Shown here piece after piece: positions 24,101 through 39,100 of a stretch of 64,000 nucleotides of DNA. The stretch spans positions 625,846-689,845 of the forward strand of contig NMRA01000004.1 in the NCBI GenBank assembly GCA_002633005.1, read 5' to 3'. Source of the DNA: Phoronis australis (taxonomy: Eukaryota; Animalia; Phoronida). The stretch's first letter is position 1. Every line of letters starts with the position of its first letter. A model generated the notes under the pieces. The model did not search any database and had not been told where the DNA came from. It was given only the letters and a program-made list of their open reading frames with translations. A program made the position numbers and the translations under genes.

Positions 24101-27100
24101 GTATGTATGCGATGATACACGGCAAATGTTATACCATTCCTAGACATCTTTGCTCACATTATAAATATACTGCAGTTCCTGCTTGGAGATCAAGTGTCCG
24201 TTGATCTGATTCAGCGCATCCTCAACCTCTTCAAAGTTCAACTCGACGTCCTCGTCAGGGTTGAATTTGTTGAACAGCGCACTCTGCCTCCTTCTAAAGT
24301 CTGCTGGCTTTGACAAGAAGTTCAGCTGGGAATCGTCCATCTGCTTACTGAGTACTTGGGCAACTTTTCGCTCATCTGAAACAAGTAAGGATTACCATAT
24401 CACAAAAGGCTCCCAATAACATGAAACTAAAATTTAGGAAAAAATTGAATCTTTTAAAAACTAGACACCTTGTTACAAGCAATAGAAATGACACAATACG
24501 ATGTAAAATAATCTTCTAGAGTAAAGTTAACATAGTTAGAGTTGATTCTTTGAAAAACATGCAGGTGGACAGATAGCTTTTGTGGTGCAGGAGTGGCGGA
24601 CAGGCCACAAGGCCAAGCAAATTGCATTAGACGTGCGCACACCACAAGGCCAAGCCAATTGCACAGAACCCTACTACAAGCCATTACGTTTTCCATGAGA
24701 AATAATTTTGTCTCAATTTCTTTCCAAAACATGACAGAATAATTCTGTTTATTAGCATGTGCCATATGGTTCAGAAATGTGACTCAATACATCTAGACTG
24801 TCACATTAATAGGATTGTTCTATCTGTACTTAGATCAGATGCCCACCTTCAAGAAGATCCATTCTCTCATTGATGTCTCTAAGCTTTTCAGAACATCTGT
24901 CTGCCTCCACGTCAAGAGTCTTGATAGGTGCCTCTTCACATACCTGAATTAGAATTAATTACCCAGAAGTCAATCACAAAGGAAGTCACGACTTTACACA
25001 AGGGTCCCCATTCAGCCCTTGTTTGCAAAAACTATTATTGAGAATTGTCAGTATTGATGGTATTACTTGTTGCAGCTCAAGGAAATTCAGACGTATCAGT
25101 ATGAATGAGCATCAGACGTTTGTCATTTAGCAAAACTGCAGGTACACTACCGTCAAATCTAATATTTAATCTATTATCAAAAACATTCTGTCATTTTGAA
25201 AAAGCTACAAATTTGTCAACTATGTACATACGATGTGTGCAACTTAACAATTTCATTTATGGTCTACAATACATTTTGAAGATGATATATCAGCAGTTTT
25301 TCAAAACAACATTTGCTTAGCCAAAGGCAAGATATGAGGATTCAGAGTTACTCTGTAGTGCCCAAAGGAGAGCAGACAAATAAATCACTTGCAGATAACA
25401 CCACCTTATGACCCCACTAAAAAGAGCAGTTCTTGTTTCAGGAAATTGTGATGTGCAGCACCCTCAAGAATTGTTGGTGTGGCCGTGTGTCAAAATATGA
25501 TGAACGGTTTTCATGGACACTTTAAATGCAGTAAAAAGATTCCTGACTTGTCTTTCTCAATAAGTCGGGTTAGTTGAGCTCATATTTTGAACATCATCAC
25601 TTAAAATGGCTCTAAGCCCGCCTTCCATCACAAACGACAACTGTTGATTTAGACCACATACCGTTATGAAATTGGTCTCAAATTGTTCCTCAGTCAAAAT
25701 AAGTGTGATTTCTGGTCTTGCAAAAGAACAGACAGTTTGTTATTTCTACAGATCATGCTCAGGGAATAACTCAACACGCCATGACAACTCAACTTGTAGA
25801 GTATGAGCTCCAGCAATAACAAAATGTCAGTTCTTTGCAAGACCCCCAGAAACACTTCTCAACTTAGTAAGGAATAAGTTGAGTCCAATTTTATACAGGT
25901 AAATGGTCTAAATCAGAAGTTATTTCTTTCAACGGAACGAAGGGTTCTAGGCGCTTTAAGAATCCACAAAATGGGTGTAACACTCACTGCCTGCAGCAGC
26001 TTAGGATCGCTCTCAAGTCGCTCCAAAATCTCAAGGTCCGTTACAACTCTACGTCTTTGCGACACAGCAGTTACATCTGTTGGTGGTTGTTGTTGATCAT
26101 TACGTGAAAAATCGGGAACATCGTGGTAGATTATGTCCCGATGGGCTTGCTCCAAGTACTTGTCCATTTTACTTTTCTAGAAAAACAGAGGCAACAACAA
26201 GTTTTGTGAAAAGATCTCATAATGTTACGTTCAATTTCTTTTTTAAAGGAACACAAAAATTACCAAAACAGTAAATGTGTCTTCAGTCTCATGCTCAACT
26301 AATCTTTATACCATTGCAATTCACTCATAACTTTGTTCCTTGGAAACTAAGGACTAAAACAGAAGATAGGATTCCTTTTTGAGTACTTTATGAGACCGTT
26401 ACCAATTAACAGCTAAGGTTTTGTAGACAACAGCAAGTTGAAATTCAAAATTATTTGAACATCATTGGCACAATTCTATTGCAACAGAAAAAAAACACAG
26501 TACTGGCATACAAAATCAGACGTAAACAATGTTGTTCTTTCCAATGACTTTTCAGCTTTTGTAAACTAGGTTTCATCTCCTCTGACTGCATCTGTTAATT
26601 TTACGCTGATGCAAATCCCACTCGTTCCACATTTTCCAGACATTCAGGGACCTTAGGCAATTGATTTTTGAAAAAATTTGAACTAGGCAACAACACGGAG
26701 AAAAATTAAACACAGCACTACTCACCATATTCTGGAACAAAGCAAAGTTTAATACCAAACTCAAAAGTCTGACTTGAACTGGGTATAGTTGATATTACCT
26801 TTTTTGTTTTGGTCTTGTTTGGGTTCCAGTCAGGATCTTTAAGTTCTGGAAATTTCTTTTTTGCAATTGCAAGCACCATCTTCTGCCGCTCAACTGCAAA
26901 CAATAAAGACGATGAGTCAGAGAATTTTGTGAAATGGTACAAAATTGAAAATTATTATTACTGCAATCCAAAATTATTTCAAAAACGCCTGCAAGGAACA
27001 GGATTAAAACCCATCTAAATACAAGTGTCAACAATAAACCTGAATTAACCAAGTAAATTATTACAACCAAGTTCACATATCCATACTTAAAAACAACTTA

Positions 27101-30100
27101 CAGAGTAAAATTCCATGAAGAAATCTTAACAATTAAGCCCATGAGGCCAATGACACTGACACAGAAACAACACACAAGGCAACCCAAAGGATAAGGACAC
27201 GACAAAGGAATGGAAATGAAGATCCTTCTGAGGGCTGTGTCAAAAATGGTTGCTACAGTGTTATCGTGCATCCAATTTTCACAAAAATCAGACACACCTC
27301 AAGCTATCGTGAAGTAATTAAAAATGTGATGCGTAAATTGTAAATCAAACAAGAAACATCCACAATTTGTTTATGTGATAGCAAAGCATCGCTGACCATA
27401 ATCATAAGCAATAATAATTAAATCATGATATTTACATGAAGGAACATTTAAAAAACTTGTTTCACACAATACTCTACTCACATTCGATTTCATCAAGTCT
27501 GTGACTTATTTCATCGTACCGGTCGTATAGCCTATTCAAAATGTAGGTGATCTTGGCAACTTCAAAATCTTCCACGTTTGTTCCCTGCAAGCACAGTTTA
27601 ATAAATAGTACAACCACTCATCTCTGAAGGCTGATTAAAATCAAACATAACCTATTCAAATATTCCAGTTTGTCTCATTGTCTCTAACCTGAATTTCACA
27701 AATGTTAAGAAAACCAACTGTTAAGCTGTGTTTACCTTCAGAGTTTAAGCTACAATGAAACCAAACAGATAAGACCCTAATTGTCATATAAATTTCATCT
27801 TGACTTGGTCCTCAACAAGCAATGAAGTGGTTTCTGGGCTTGAGAAGAAACTAAAAACACATAAGTACTTATTTTAGGAACAAAACTCAGTAAAACAGCT
27901 AGTTAAGGCTATCCCATTTAATTGCTGGTCACTAATGGCTTTTAGAAGAGGGATTAGACCGATTTCCTACTAAAAATCAGGCAGAGATATTACTACATGA
28001 TCTCTGTAATCGGCAGTCTTTATACAATGAACTTACAGGTTCCTTCTGGTACTGGGGAAAGTTTCGCAGCAATTCTAGCTCTCGCTTAATCTGTTTCTCT
28101 TGGTCCTCCAAAAATTCTCTGGCAAGAATGCCCGGTCCATCATTGACGAGTGTCTTGAGCTCTTCCTCCGTCAACTGGTCATCAGGTCCAATCACGACCG
28201 GTACGTACTCATGTTTGTAGTCCTGCTGAGCGACAGCTTTATTAAATATACGCTCATACACAGGCAGACGATCGGGGCTGGAAGAAGAAGAAGGACTAAT
28301 ATTAGCAACATCAAAACATATTGTAAAGCGAATCCAACACTGCCTGTCAGAAACGAAAAATAATGGCCCAGAAATACTGTCTAATTAGTATACAAGAGCT
28401 TTTTTTGAGACCAGTGACCAGAATGAAACAAAAGAATCTATGGGTTAGTTCTGTGGCACGACTTTCTGGGGAAGTAGAGAGACCACGCAAAACCCTGTGA
28501 CTGACAAGTGAGTGTTTCGTGATGAGTATGCTCAAGACCTCACTTGCCTGAACTAACAAAATGGCTGAAATATTGAGTAAAAGGAGCAAATTCAATTGTC
28601 GTTCTAGAAGTGAAGATTTCTTGCCTCACAAGCATGCGAGTGTCTTGTATCTGGGAACGCAGCCCAGAATACCCGTCTTGAAATTACCACACTTGGCTTA
28701 CATATGAAATGATTGTAGACTTTCACACTTCTAAACACAGAGTTCTGCAACTTACTGTATAATGCAGTATTTAGCCAAGTAGTCCAGTGGATTTCCAATC
28801 TGCTTCAATTCTTTTTTGGTTACGGGTGCTGTTGCACTGATTTTTCTCTTTTTCTTCTCTCTGTCACATAACATGGACATTAAACACATAAAGACATATT
28901 ATCTATCTCAACTAGGAATGTTGTGATCATGATTTAGATACTACAGATGGAGGCTCTTCCATAACAGGAGCACTTATGAAAGAGCAGAGTAATGAAACAG
29001 AAATGCCTAGATTCCGCAAAGATAATCTATACCAAATTCATGTGGGGAAGAATGTGAAACAACAACATGGCGGATTTATAGTAAAATTTGAGGATGCTGT
29101 CATGTTCTACACTTCATCACTGAATAAACTGTATACAAGACATAGTTACCTCCTTACATTTCTAAGTGGCCACATATTCTGTACAGCTTCTAAAAGACAG
29201 ACAGGAGGCCTAATTTTTAATTAACTTTTAATGCATGCAAAAATGTATTATATACTTCTAAACCTAAGCAGCTTGGTTTCAGGCATTTGATATGTTTTAT
29301 ATTTCTGTTGAATGCACAAAATCAATGAAGCGTACCACTGTAACAAAATACAGGGTATAACTACTAACCTATTTTTCTTGGGAAGTATCCTCGGCCGCGG
29401 TCTCCGCTTCCTTGGAAGAGGCATCTCTAATTCTGGGTCCGGTAGTGGTGGTGGGGTCTGAAGAAATTATTACACATGGATATACAAGACATATGAGCCC
29501 CTCAACACTCACTAGGTGGTGATAGTGAATCAGAGGTCCCATTTCATGCATTCTCTCAAAATATAACTTATCCCTTCCTTTCAACAAAAGAACAAATCGT
29601 AAGTAAATACTTTGTCAGGGTTTAAGATATGATACAAAAGAAGATAACGTGTAAACTTAGACATAATTTGGTTGCTGAACAAAAATCTGTCGTTACTGTT
29701 TTCACAAGATATCAAACTTCTAACAATGTATATTTTTGAATATCAAACTCATTTTTTTTGGTATATCGAAGAAAAGTACTTGTCTTTGGTCTGCAGTCAA
29801 AAACAGAACATTTACATGAGAGGGTAATTATTTTTACCACTTTGTAGCAACAACAGATTAAATTGACGGATTTAAAATACGTGCCAGTTTTATGATCACA
29901 AAGCATCAAATAAAATGCCAAAATACTATTTGATTCAGCCTACTTTTCTAAATCATCTCCAAGCATTAACAAAAGTGTAAGGTGACCTTAAGCTTTCCGA
30001 TAGGTTTCGATACTAAATAGACTTTAAAGATATTGTAGGGCTATGTTTGTTATCACTAGGTGATTTAGCGAAAAAGTTATGCACAAGTTTTTGAAGAACA

Positions 30101-33100
30101 AGCACATACCAGTGTTTTTGCAGGAACCGGGGTGGGTGGAAGGGGAGATGGAGGTTGCCATTCTCGTGGTGTTGCTACCGGTGACGGAGATGGCTCTGGC
30201 TCACTGTCAAAGTTCTCCCGAATAATCTCAAACTCAAAAGACAGCTCTCGTTCAACCTCTGGCTCTGGTGAAAGGCTTATAGGCTATAAAATGAAGAAAC
30301 GTTGATCTGAAAATTTCTCATGTACATACAGGTTTGACCAATGACTAAAAACAATTAATCACTTACAAGATATATGAAATAAAACTGCAATACTGACTCA
30401 GTACTGACTATGTAAGCCCAACTGTGACTTTTGCTCAAGCAATTAAACATTCATAAAGATGGTTCAAGGTTGCAGTTAATTTTCATCCGACTGATACCAA
30501 TTTTTAGTGACCAGCAAATTTCGCAAACATCAGTATACAAAACAAAGGTTTATTGATCGTGAAAATCAGGCAACCTCAACACAAATTGATTTCACTGGAG
30601 GCTAATCAATGAAAATGAAACACAGTTGAGCATACATACGCCTTCCAGAGCCCTACTTAAACTTCTTCATTTAGCATTTATTTTCATTGTCAGGAGTATT
30701 TAAATACAATAACAAGTGTCTCTCTACAGTGGGCAGCAAGATGTTTATTTTAAGGCGTAGACAGCAACCACGTGATGAGATCAGGACAGCATGAGTTCAG
30801 CATCGGTGTAACAAAACTGCTCGAGTTTGGGAATAAATGTTCACAAACATCTTAACTGACTGGATTCATTTGATAACTGTCTTAGAGAAAGTCTGAAATA
30901 TGGCTGAGCAAACATTGCTATAGTTGATAAAATGAATCCCTTCATTTCATGAACTCCAGGATTTCAACCAGTCTCAATTACATTACAAGACAATATATAA
31001 TAGTATACAACAGAAAGTACTTCACTTTCATGAAAATCAGTGAGCACAAAAAACACTCAAATTAAGTTTGCAAATCTTCAAAATCAAGCTTATAAGTGTA
31101 CTAATTGTGACCACTCTTCATGTTTGAGCAAGTAATCCCCAAAATTGTATTTTTAAAGGTTTTGTACAGTCCCGCAAACATTTAAGTTTGACGAGATCAG
31201 AGGTCTGTTTCATTATAAGTTAATTCAGACTCAAGTCAGAAGTATTGTCTTACTTTACTATTACTGAGATGAATTGCCAGAACAATACTGAGAAACGATG
31301 TTAGGAAGTTGGCCAATTTTGGACATTTTCCTAGGATCACACCCAATCTTAAAATTCCCAGTTGCTTTTTGTGAAACAGATACTACCAGCTCAACAGAAA
31401 CCACACTAAAACAAATGTTCTCTTTGAGTGGTTTAATTAAAATATTTTTCTGCCAATTAAGTTTGCATTAAATTAAAGAACATCAGCAATACAAAATACT
31501 GTTGAGAAACACTTTACACATGAAGTTCAGGGTAAGAAGACAAAATTAAGATTAGTAAATAAACGTCACATAGTCCATTACATGACCAGCATCTTCTAAA
31601 GGACAGAAGACAAAATTAAGTTCGTTAAAAATATTAAAGTGTCATCAAACCTACACTTTCTGTAAATACAAGTTTTGATTTAGGCGCCTTATCGTTACAA
31701 AATTGATTTGATCTGATTCCTTACTCAGTTTAGAAGTGATATGTGGGGTCAGAAAGGACTGACAGACTGTAAGAGCTTCAGGGCCCAGTTGCATAAAAGT
31801 TATACACCGTATAGCAACAATGACGTTGCATTATCACGCGTCACGTTGTTATTGTTGAACAATGCACCTGAAGTCATGCAACAATCAAACTTATCCAGCG
31901 GATAACTTTTGAAGCTTTATGCAACTCAGCCCAGACCACAAAGGTTGAGGTCACGGTATGACCTGAAATGTTATGACCTTTGACCTCAGTAACAAAAAGT
32001 CAGTTCCTTTGAAACCCTCAGCTCTAATTTGACAAAGGAATAATTTGAAATCAGTTTCATAATGAAAAGTGACCTAACAGAAAGCACAAGCTTAATTCGG
32101 CAGTTATGTTATTCTTACACACACACACACACACCTGCAAAGCCACAAAGTAATAAGGCATATGTTACATTGTGTAATGGTATAATAAGCATGTGAATGA
32201 AGGGGTGTGATGCATGATTTTTATGAAAACTATAATTACTAATAATGAATTATTTTGAAAGAGGAGAGTTAAAAGTCCAGGACGGACATTAGGCTATTAG
32301 GTAAAAAAATATAATCAACGGGTTGCTGTGTTATCAATGTTATTGGTTTCAAAGAACAATTATTAACCGATTCAGATTGTGGTGTATCCCTTGGTGAAAG
32401 TTCTCTTGAGGTGACAGTCTCCATCGTAGATTCTTCGCCCACAGGGCTCTGCAAATTCGAATTGAGTTTGACTTTCATCAGTTTCTTGGTTTAAAAGACA
32501 AAAGCATAAAAAATAACCCGATGCCTAAATGCTGGATGAGGTTTTGGCATTTAGTTCCACTAGCATGTCACAAAATCTTTAACAAAGTTCATTAAAAAAG
32601 AAAAACTTGGATCAAGAAAACATACAAGTAATGTACAATACAGGGTGTTTCAAAATATAAGCGCACTTCTGTACCAAGCCGGGAGTTCAAATTCAATTCT
32701 CGTGGTTCAGGCTGTGACTGGGCCTACTGTATGATTACACCTCTTCATGAATTCCAAATAGTAATCTTGTTCCTAAGTCAATTAATATAAATGCAGTTAA
32801 TGTCATTCGAGGTGTGAGAACAGATTTGGAAAACCCTGTACATGACCTAAAAATTGTCAGGCCAAAAAGAAGAAATAACAAACCATCAGTAGAGTGTAAA
32901 AACGCCAACACATCTACAAAATTTGCCACGACACAAAACTCATCAAAAAACCATTGCAAAGACTGAACCACACACAAAGAGCAAATAAAGCTAAACTTAC
33001 TTTCCTCAACGAGCAAAAACACAAACCAAAATATTAAAACCACAATTTCAGTCATCAAAGTTTGTCACTCACTGGAGGTGCTGGAGGTTGAAACATAACC

Positions 33101-36100
33101 TTCAGCATTTTCTTAACTGGCTTCTTGCGCTTCTTCACTTCCTTTCTGACTGGGGGTTTGGGTGGTTCTGGCGGGGGAATAGGGACAGGGTCTGTCAGAT
33201 AAGAGAACAAGAGCTGGTCAAAAGTAAGAAACGAGTAGATACATTTTAAGACTCCTAAAGTGACGTTGCATGCTAATTCCTTATCTCTGTGATTGCTTGG
33301 TCAAATTAGTTAGAAACACAACATAGATCGACGATGTGAATAAGAAGTAGGTTGAAAATTGCCAAATGTATTTAATATTTTTTTGTGTTGAAAATGATCC
33401 GTCGTAAATCACTCAATCGTGTCCAGTAACTATCGTGACGTGGTGTTGGGGAATAACACTGCTGTGTTTGCCCCCAAGGTACGTCATTAATTCGCAGAAT
33501 TTTTTTGTTTTCACATTTACAAGTTGTCAATGAATACAATTGCACTTTGTTAAGCATGGGCGATGTGCAAATAGCATTGTCATTTAGTTCCTGCTACACA
33601 TTGGCATAGCTAGGAGCAAGAAAATACATCTTTAAAGCAGTCCTACAATTCTGAAACTATTCACAGCTGATTACTGTTGTATAACATTACTGTTGTATAA
33701 CATATGCTGGAAATAACAAAAAAAAATGGAAATAAATCATAAAGAGCAAAATAGTGGATTAGTATTCTCAAAAATTTTCAGAGCAGAGCTTTGGCAACAT
33801 TCAGGGCAGTTCACAAATTAAAATCTATTATCTCGTAGCTGGATAAATGATAAAGAAATAAAGTTTTGCACACAAAAGGTTTTGTCCATTCAATTTCATA
33901 AACAAACCACTGAAAAACAGTCAAAGAAACACAAAACTTTCTCATACCAAAAACAGAAAACAAGTTTGAAATTCAGTAGGCTACATGCCACTACATGTAA
34001 TTCTTTGTTGAATCTTTCCATTTTTTCTACCTACAAATGTGAATACACTACATAACATAACAGACTCACCTGGAGTGGGCTCTTTTGGAGCTGATGGAGG
34101 TGGTGATGGTGCTGGTGGTGCTGGTGGTGGTGGTGATGGTGGTGGTGGTGTGGTTTCTTTCACTGGTTGAGTAACCTCACAAACTGGCTCAGGTTCTGAA
34201 AAAGGTTGCACAATTGAATAACAGCCCAGACTTCGAAAAAAACTTTGTAAAACTAGGATTATTATAGCAGAAATACATCCTGTGAAGACACAAATCCCTA
34301 AGTGTCCATAACATGGACATTTCAGCCTAATAAAACATGTTGCGTATTATTAACTACATCTAATTTAATTAATACAATGGTGTTTGGAAAACAGTATCAA
34401 GAACGCAATTGATGAAAAATTCTTGAAAATTTTAAAATATTTTGAAAACAATGTAAGGATATCAGTTTTGAAAACATTCTTAGCGTCCTCCATATGAGCA
34501 GGTTCAAAATTACATTGAGCTATTCTTAAATACATGCGACATTTCCCATCTTATTCCATTGATCTCATTGTAATTTTCTTATGGACAAAACATTATTAAA
34601 TTAAATTCAAAATTGCTAACAAAGTTTCCATACCAGGCGTGGGAGATTTTGGCGGCGATGATGGTTGTGGTGGAGGGGGTGTGGGCTCTCTTATTGGCAC
34701 TGAAAGAAAACAATGGAACAGTGGAATAAATTTTACATCTGACATTCAAAACAACTACTCCGTACCATGATGTAATAAAAAATAAGACATGTGAATAATG
34801 AAAGCGATATAATTACACTCCAAAATTGTTTCAAACATTTAAAAATCACATAGACACACAACCAATATGAAAGTGCTGTTGAAAAATGGTGTCTGTTGAT
34901 TCTAGCTTCTTCAGAGTCCTCCCAAAAGCTCAGAATGACACAATGCTCTTGTATAGGCATGCATTACAATGACCTTCCATTAATTGCAAAAGCGAAAAAC
35001 ATAACCACATTGACTCATAATTTACATAAATTCATGGATCTTTAATTGGACACATCCATCACCATTGTTTGGTTCAAAAGCACTTGTATTACAGAAAATT
35101 TGCTGAAGTACAAATTATCTGACCAAATTACAGCCAATAACGCTGTTTGAACTAGATTCAGGTGACATTAATTTACAATCGGTGAACAAGTTAAACAACA
35201 AACATGCTCCAACACACACCATATAACCCAAGTTCAAGGACACTGTCAGTGTGCATGCACTCTTATTTTGACTACATTAAAATCATCAATGGGAGGGTGT
35301 TATGGACCAAGGGCAGCTACTCTAGTTTCACACATGTCCACCAACTGAGCAGACTTAGCAGACAAAAAATACAATTTTACTGAAAAGGGTCTAAGAGAAT
35401 TCTACATATTTGATCCACATTCCTGAATACTACAGAAAGTTGAATTAAAAGAAGAGATTTACAAGTTATAAACCTGCTCAGTTGTCTTAAAACAACTCAA
35501 AACGGTCTCATGCAGTTGTTCGGGTATTCTCTGTAACAATGTAGGTTAATAACTCCACACCAATTGGATCATTCCCGTTAGTGACAGCATTGATCACCTG
35601 GTGCTAGGATTCTGTCTGTCGAGACTGACTTAAAATCTGAATGTCTTACTGGACTAGATGGCGCGAGATCATTAGGATCAGGGGTAGATTTTAAGAAAGT
35701 GAGTACAGGGGAAGTAATGAGTACAGGGGAAGTTATGAGTACAGGCGAAGTAATGAGTAGAGGAGAACTGGTCGCAGGGACAGAGGTATCTAATGAGACT
35801 TCATGCAGTTTGGGTGGTGATAGTTGTAATTCTTCTACAAAGTGCAAATTTGAAGTTGGAGAAAATGGTTCATGAGGCTGCAATTGACATGAAGAAGGAT
35901 TGCAATGTTGAGAAGGTGTCAGCAGGGATGAAATCGACAGTGGTTGCACAACGGGTGAGTCTTTAGTGACAAATGGTGGTGAGTTGGTCTTAGGTCGCGC
36001 TGGATTAGCACCAGAGGAAGGGGATTTGGGCAGGATTGATGACGGCGACAATGGTGATGGTGGAACTGATAAGGGATTTGCATTGGACGATTCCATGGGT

Positions 36101-39100
36101 GTGGGTGAAATTTGGACTAGAGAAATTGGTGGCACTAGTGTGTCAGTCTCGACCATCTGTGCTTCTGAACCTGTTGGAGAACACATGATAACACAAAGCA
36201 TTATATCAAGTAAAATAAACTCAATACGCAAATAAAAATATAACATTCCAAATCAGAAACAATGACCCAACCCTGTAGAAAGAAAGTGTTACATGGTTAA
36301 AAATATTTAGGACTCCTCACAATCAAATGGGTGAAAAAGAGCTAACACCCAAAGAAATATGAAGACAAGGCGTAAAGACACACAAATCATACTTTCACTA
36401 TGAAGCACCTTTCACTTAACAAAACTCAACCAAGTTGAAAACCCAAGATCAGCTCCATGGCCATGCACATAATGAAACACAAAAAAAACATTTTCACAGC
36501 AACCAAACTCTCACATCTATTTCTGAATAGCTCCACTCATTGTCTCACCTTAGAGTCAATGGCCACACAAGTATGCAGTGAAAACATAATACGGATTAAA
36601 ATCATCACTGCATTAATAGCTTCAAGCAGACAGCACTTATCGAGAGTATGAGTAAAGTGCCAAGGAAGACAATATTCTGAGTACGTAAGATCTTCATACC
36701 AACTTCCCTTTAAGAACATGTATCAATTCTGCATATCCACAAAATATCCTATGGTAAATTTTCTCCAGAAAAGGTTAGCTTGCTGGCACCAATACTCTTC
36801 TGTAATGGAGGTAGTTTAACCGTGACAGGACGTCTGGCTTTAGCACTCACACCCAATTGGCTGGGAACTGACAGCGCCTTCTTCAGAGCATTCTGATGTT
36901 CCCATGGTTCTGTTTGCCCATGATGACCTTCATCGACATTCGCCGCTTCCTCTTCAGACAAATCTATTTTGATGACAGGTAATTGAGTCTCTAGTTGTTT
37001 GGTTTTTGAACCACGCATCGGCACTGGGAAGGAACTGGCACGTTTCAAATTTTGTCCATGCTCTGCCACACCAGGAGGAAGCACAAATGTAAACTCAGAA
37101 GCTTTCACTTGTCGCCTTTCTGGCTTACTGAGCAGACCTTTACCATATCGTCTACTGGTTTTTGGCTGAAACTGTGGTTTCACAAATGTTTTTCTGGGAG
37201 GACTTTGTGTGACTCGTATCGTGGGCATATTTGCAGAATTGTTATCCTCATTATTCATTTTATTACTCCCCTGCCTGAGATCCCTTGTCTCAGGTTCAGT
37301 GCATTTGGGGACAATTTTCCTTTTCAAGGAAGTTTTCCTAGTTCCTTTTACTGTGCCACTTCTATTTGACTTAGTTCTTTTGGCATTTTTCACAAGTTTT
37401 GGTAATTTTACAGATTTTTCAGTTTCTTTCACTAATTCAGGCTTCTTAGTCTTTGAACTTTGCCCAGGGCCAAATGAGGAGGTAGACGTTTTCATTCTTT
37501 CGAGTTTATCTTGTGACTGTTTTAACAACACGTAGTTTGTGTATTCCCTTGATAAAGAATCGTCCACAATGTCTGGGGTGACTGCAGCACTAACAGCCCT
37601 TGATACATGTGGAGTGACGCCAAGCAAATTTGGCGTCATCGGAACATTAATAGAAAGTCGTGAAGTAGCTGAACCTGGAACACGCCACGGATCTAGAGCA
37701 AATTCTTCAGTCAGCCAACGTCCCGTAGAGTGATTCGTGTTGAATATGTTATCAGGAGTGGCTAGCGTTGAACGAGAGCCCTGTTTTGACAGTGGATTCG
37801 GTGTCGATGGCAAATGAATAGAGAGACGAGAAGCATCAGAGCCTGCATTCCTCCAGGGTTCCGGGGTAAGATCATTATTAGTGTTGAGAAAATCATGCCT
37901 TGAACTACCGAGATTGTCTGGCGTGGCTAATGTTGAACGTGATCCTTGTTTCCTTAAAGGAACAGGCGTAGGTGGCGCTTTGACAGACAAATGGGAGGCG
38001 GAAGGGGATAGAAAAGAGTGATCCATAGGACTGAAATCCATGAGGTTACCAACATTGTCCGGTGTCGCCAATGTCGACTTGGAAGTCTGTTTAGTCAAAG
38101 CGGGAACACTAACAAACAAATTGGATGTATCCCAAGGATCAAGAAGATTACTGTCTCTTGTATTGCCGACAGTATCTGGAGTTGGTAATGTAGAACAGGA
38201 ACTTTCTTTATTAAGTTTATTTTTGGACTGATTTAGAACGAAATTTGTGTATTCCCTTGAGTAAAGCTTCTTGTCTGTATCCGGTGTTACGACGGCACTG
38301 ATTGTTTGTGATGCACCGCCACCTACACTTAGTAAATCCGGAGTAGGAACCACGCTTGCATTGTGACTTACGTGAAGCCCGTCTTCTTTCTTAGACGATG
38401 AAAAGTCGGTATGATCCGGAGTAAGCAATGTCGGGTAAGAGGGATGTTTACCAAGTTTCCTTTTTGACTCGTCGAGAACGAAATTTGTATACTCTCTCGA
38501 GTAAATCTTGTTATCTATATCCGGGGTTACAGCGGCACTAATTGTTTGTGATACACCACTACTAACACCCAATAAATCTGGTGTAGGTACCATACTAGCA
38601 TTATGGCTTACACTAAGCTCGTTGTCATTCTTCAGCGTTGGTAACTCCATATTATCAGGAGTATATGGTAGTGCTGAATAAGGGCCCTTTCTATCAAGTT
38701 TCTTTTTAGATTTGTCGAGAACAAAATTTGTATACTCCCTGGAATACAGCTTATTGTCTATATCTGGTGTTACTGCCGCACTGACTGCTTGGGATACACC
38801 AGCACCAGCATTCAATAAATCCGGTGTAGGCACCATGCTGGTATTGTGGCTCACACCCAGAGTGTTGTTGTCTTTCTTGAAAGATGACGCATCATCAAAA
38901 GAAGATTTGAGCATCTCGAACATAAACTCTGGGCTGGGTGACATGCTCTTACGACCAGACGACACAGACGCTTGCTTTTGCAATCCCGCCTTCGAAGTCT
39001 TTGACGACAGGACAGTTAACTCATTCTCAACGAAGGAGGGTGACCGTCTGGCATTCGTCATTAACACATCTCCATCGGCGACGCTCAACTCTCTGGCAAT

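Noticed and set aside
26725-26798. Downstream alternative donor ATG/gtgagt extending exon 26799
   Set aside because: A phase-1 end would frameshift against the phase-0 acceptor at 26176.
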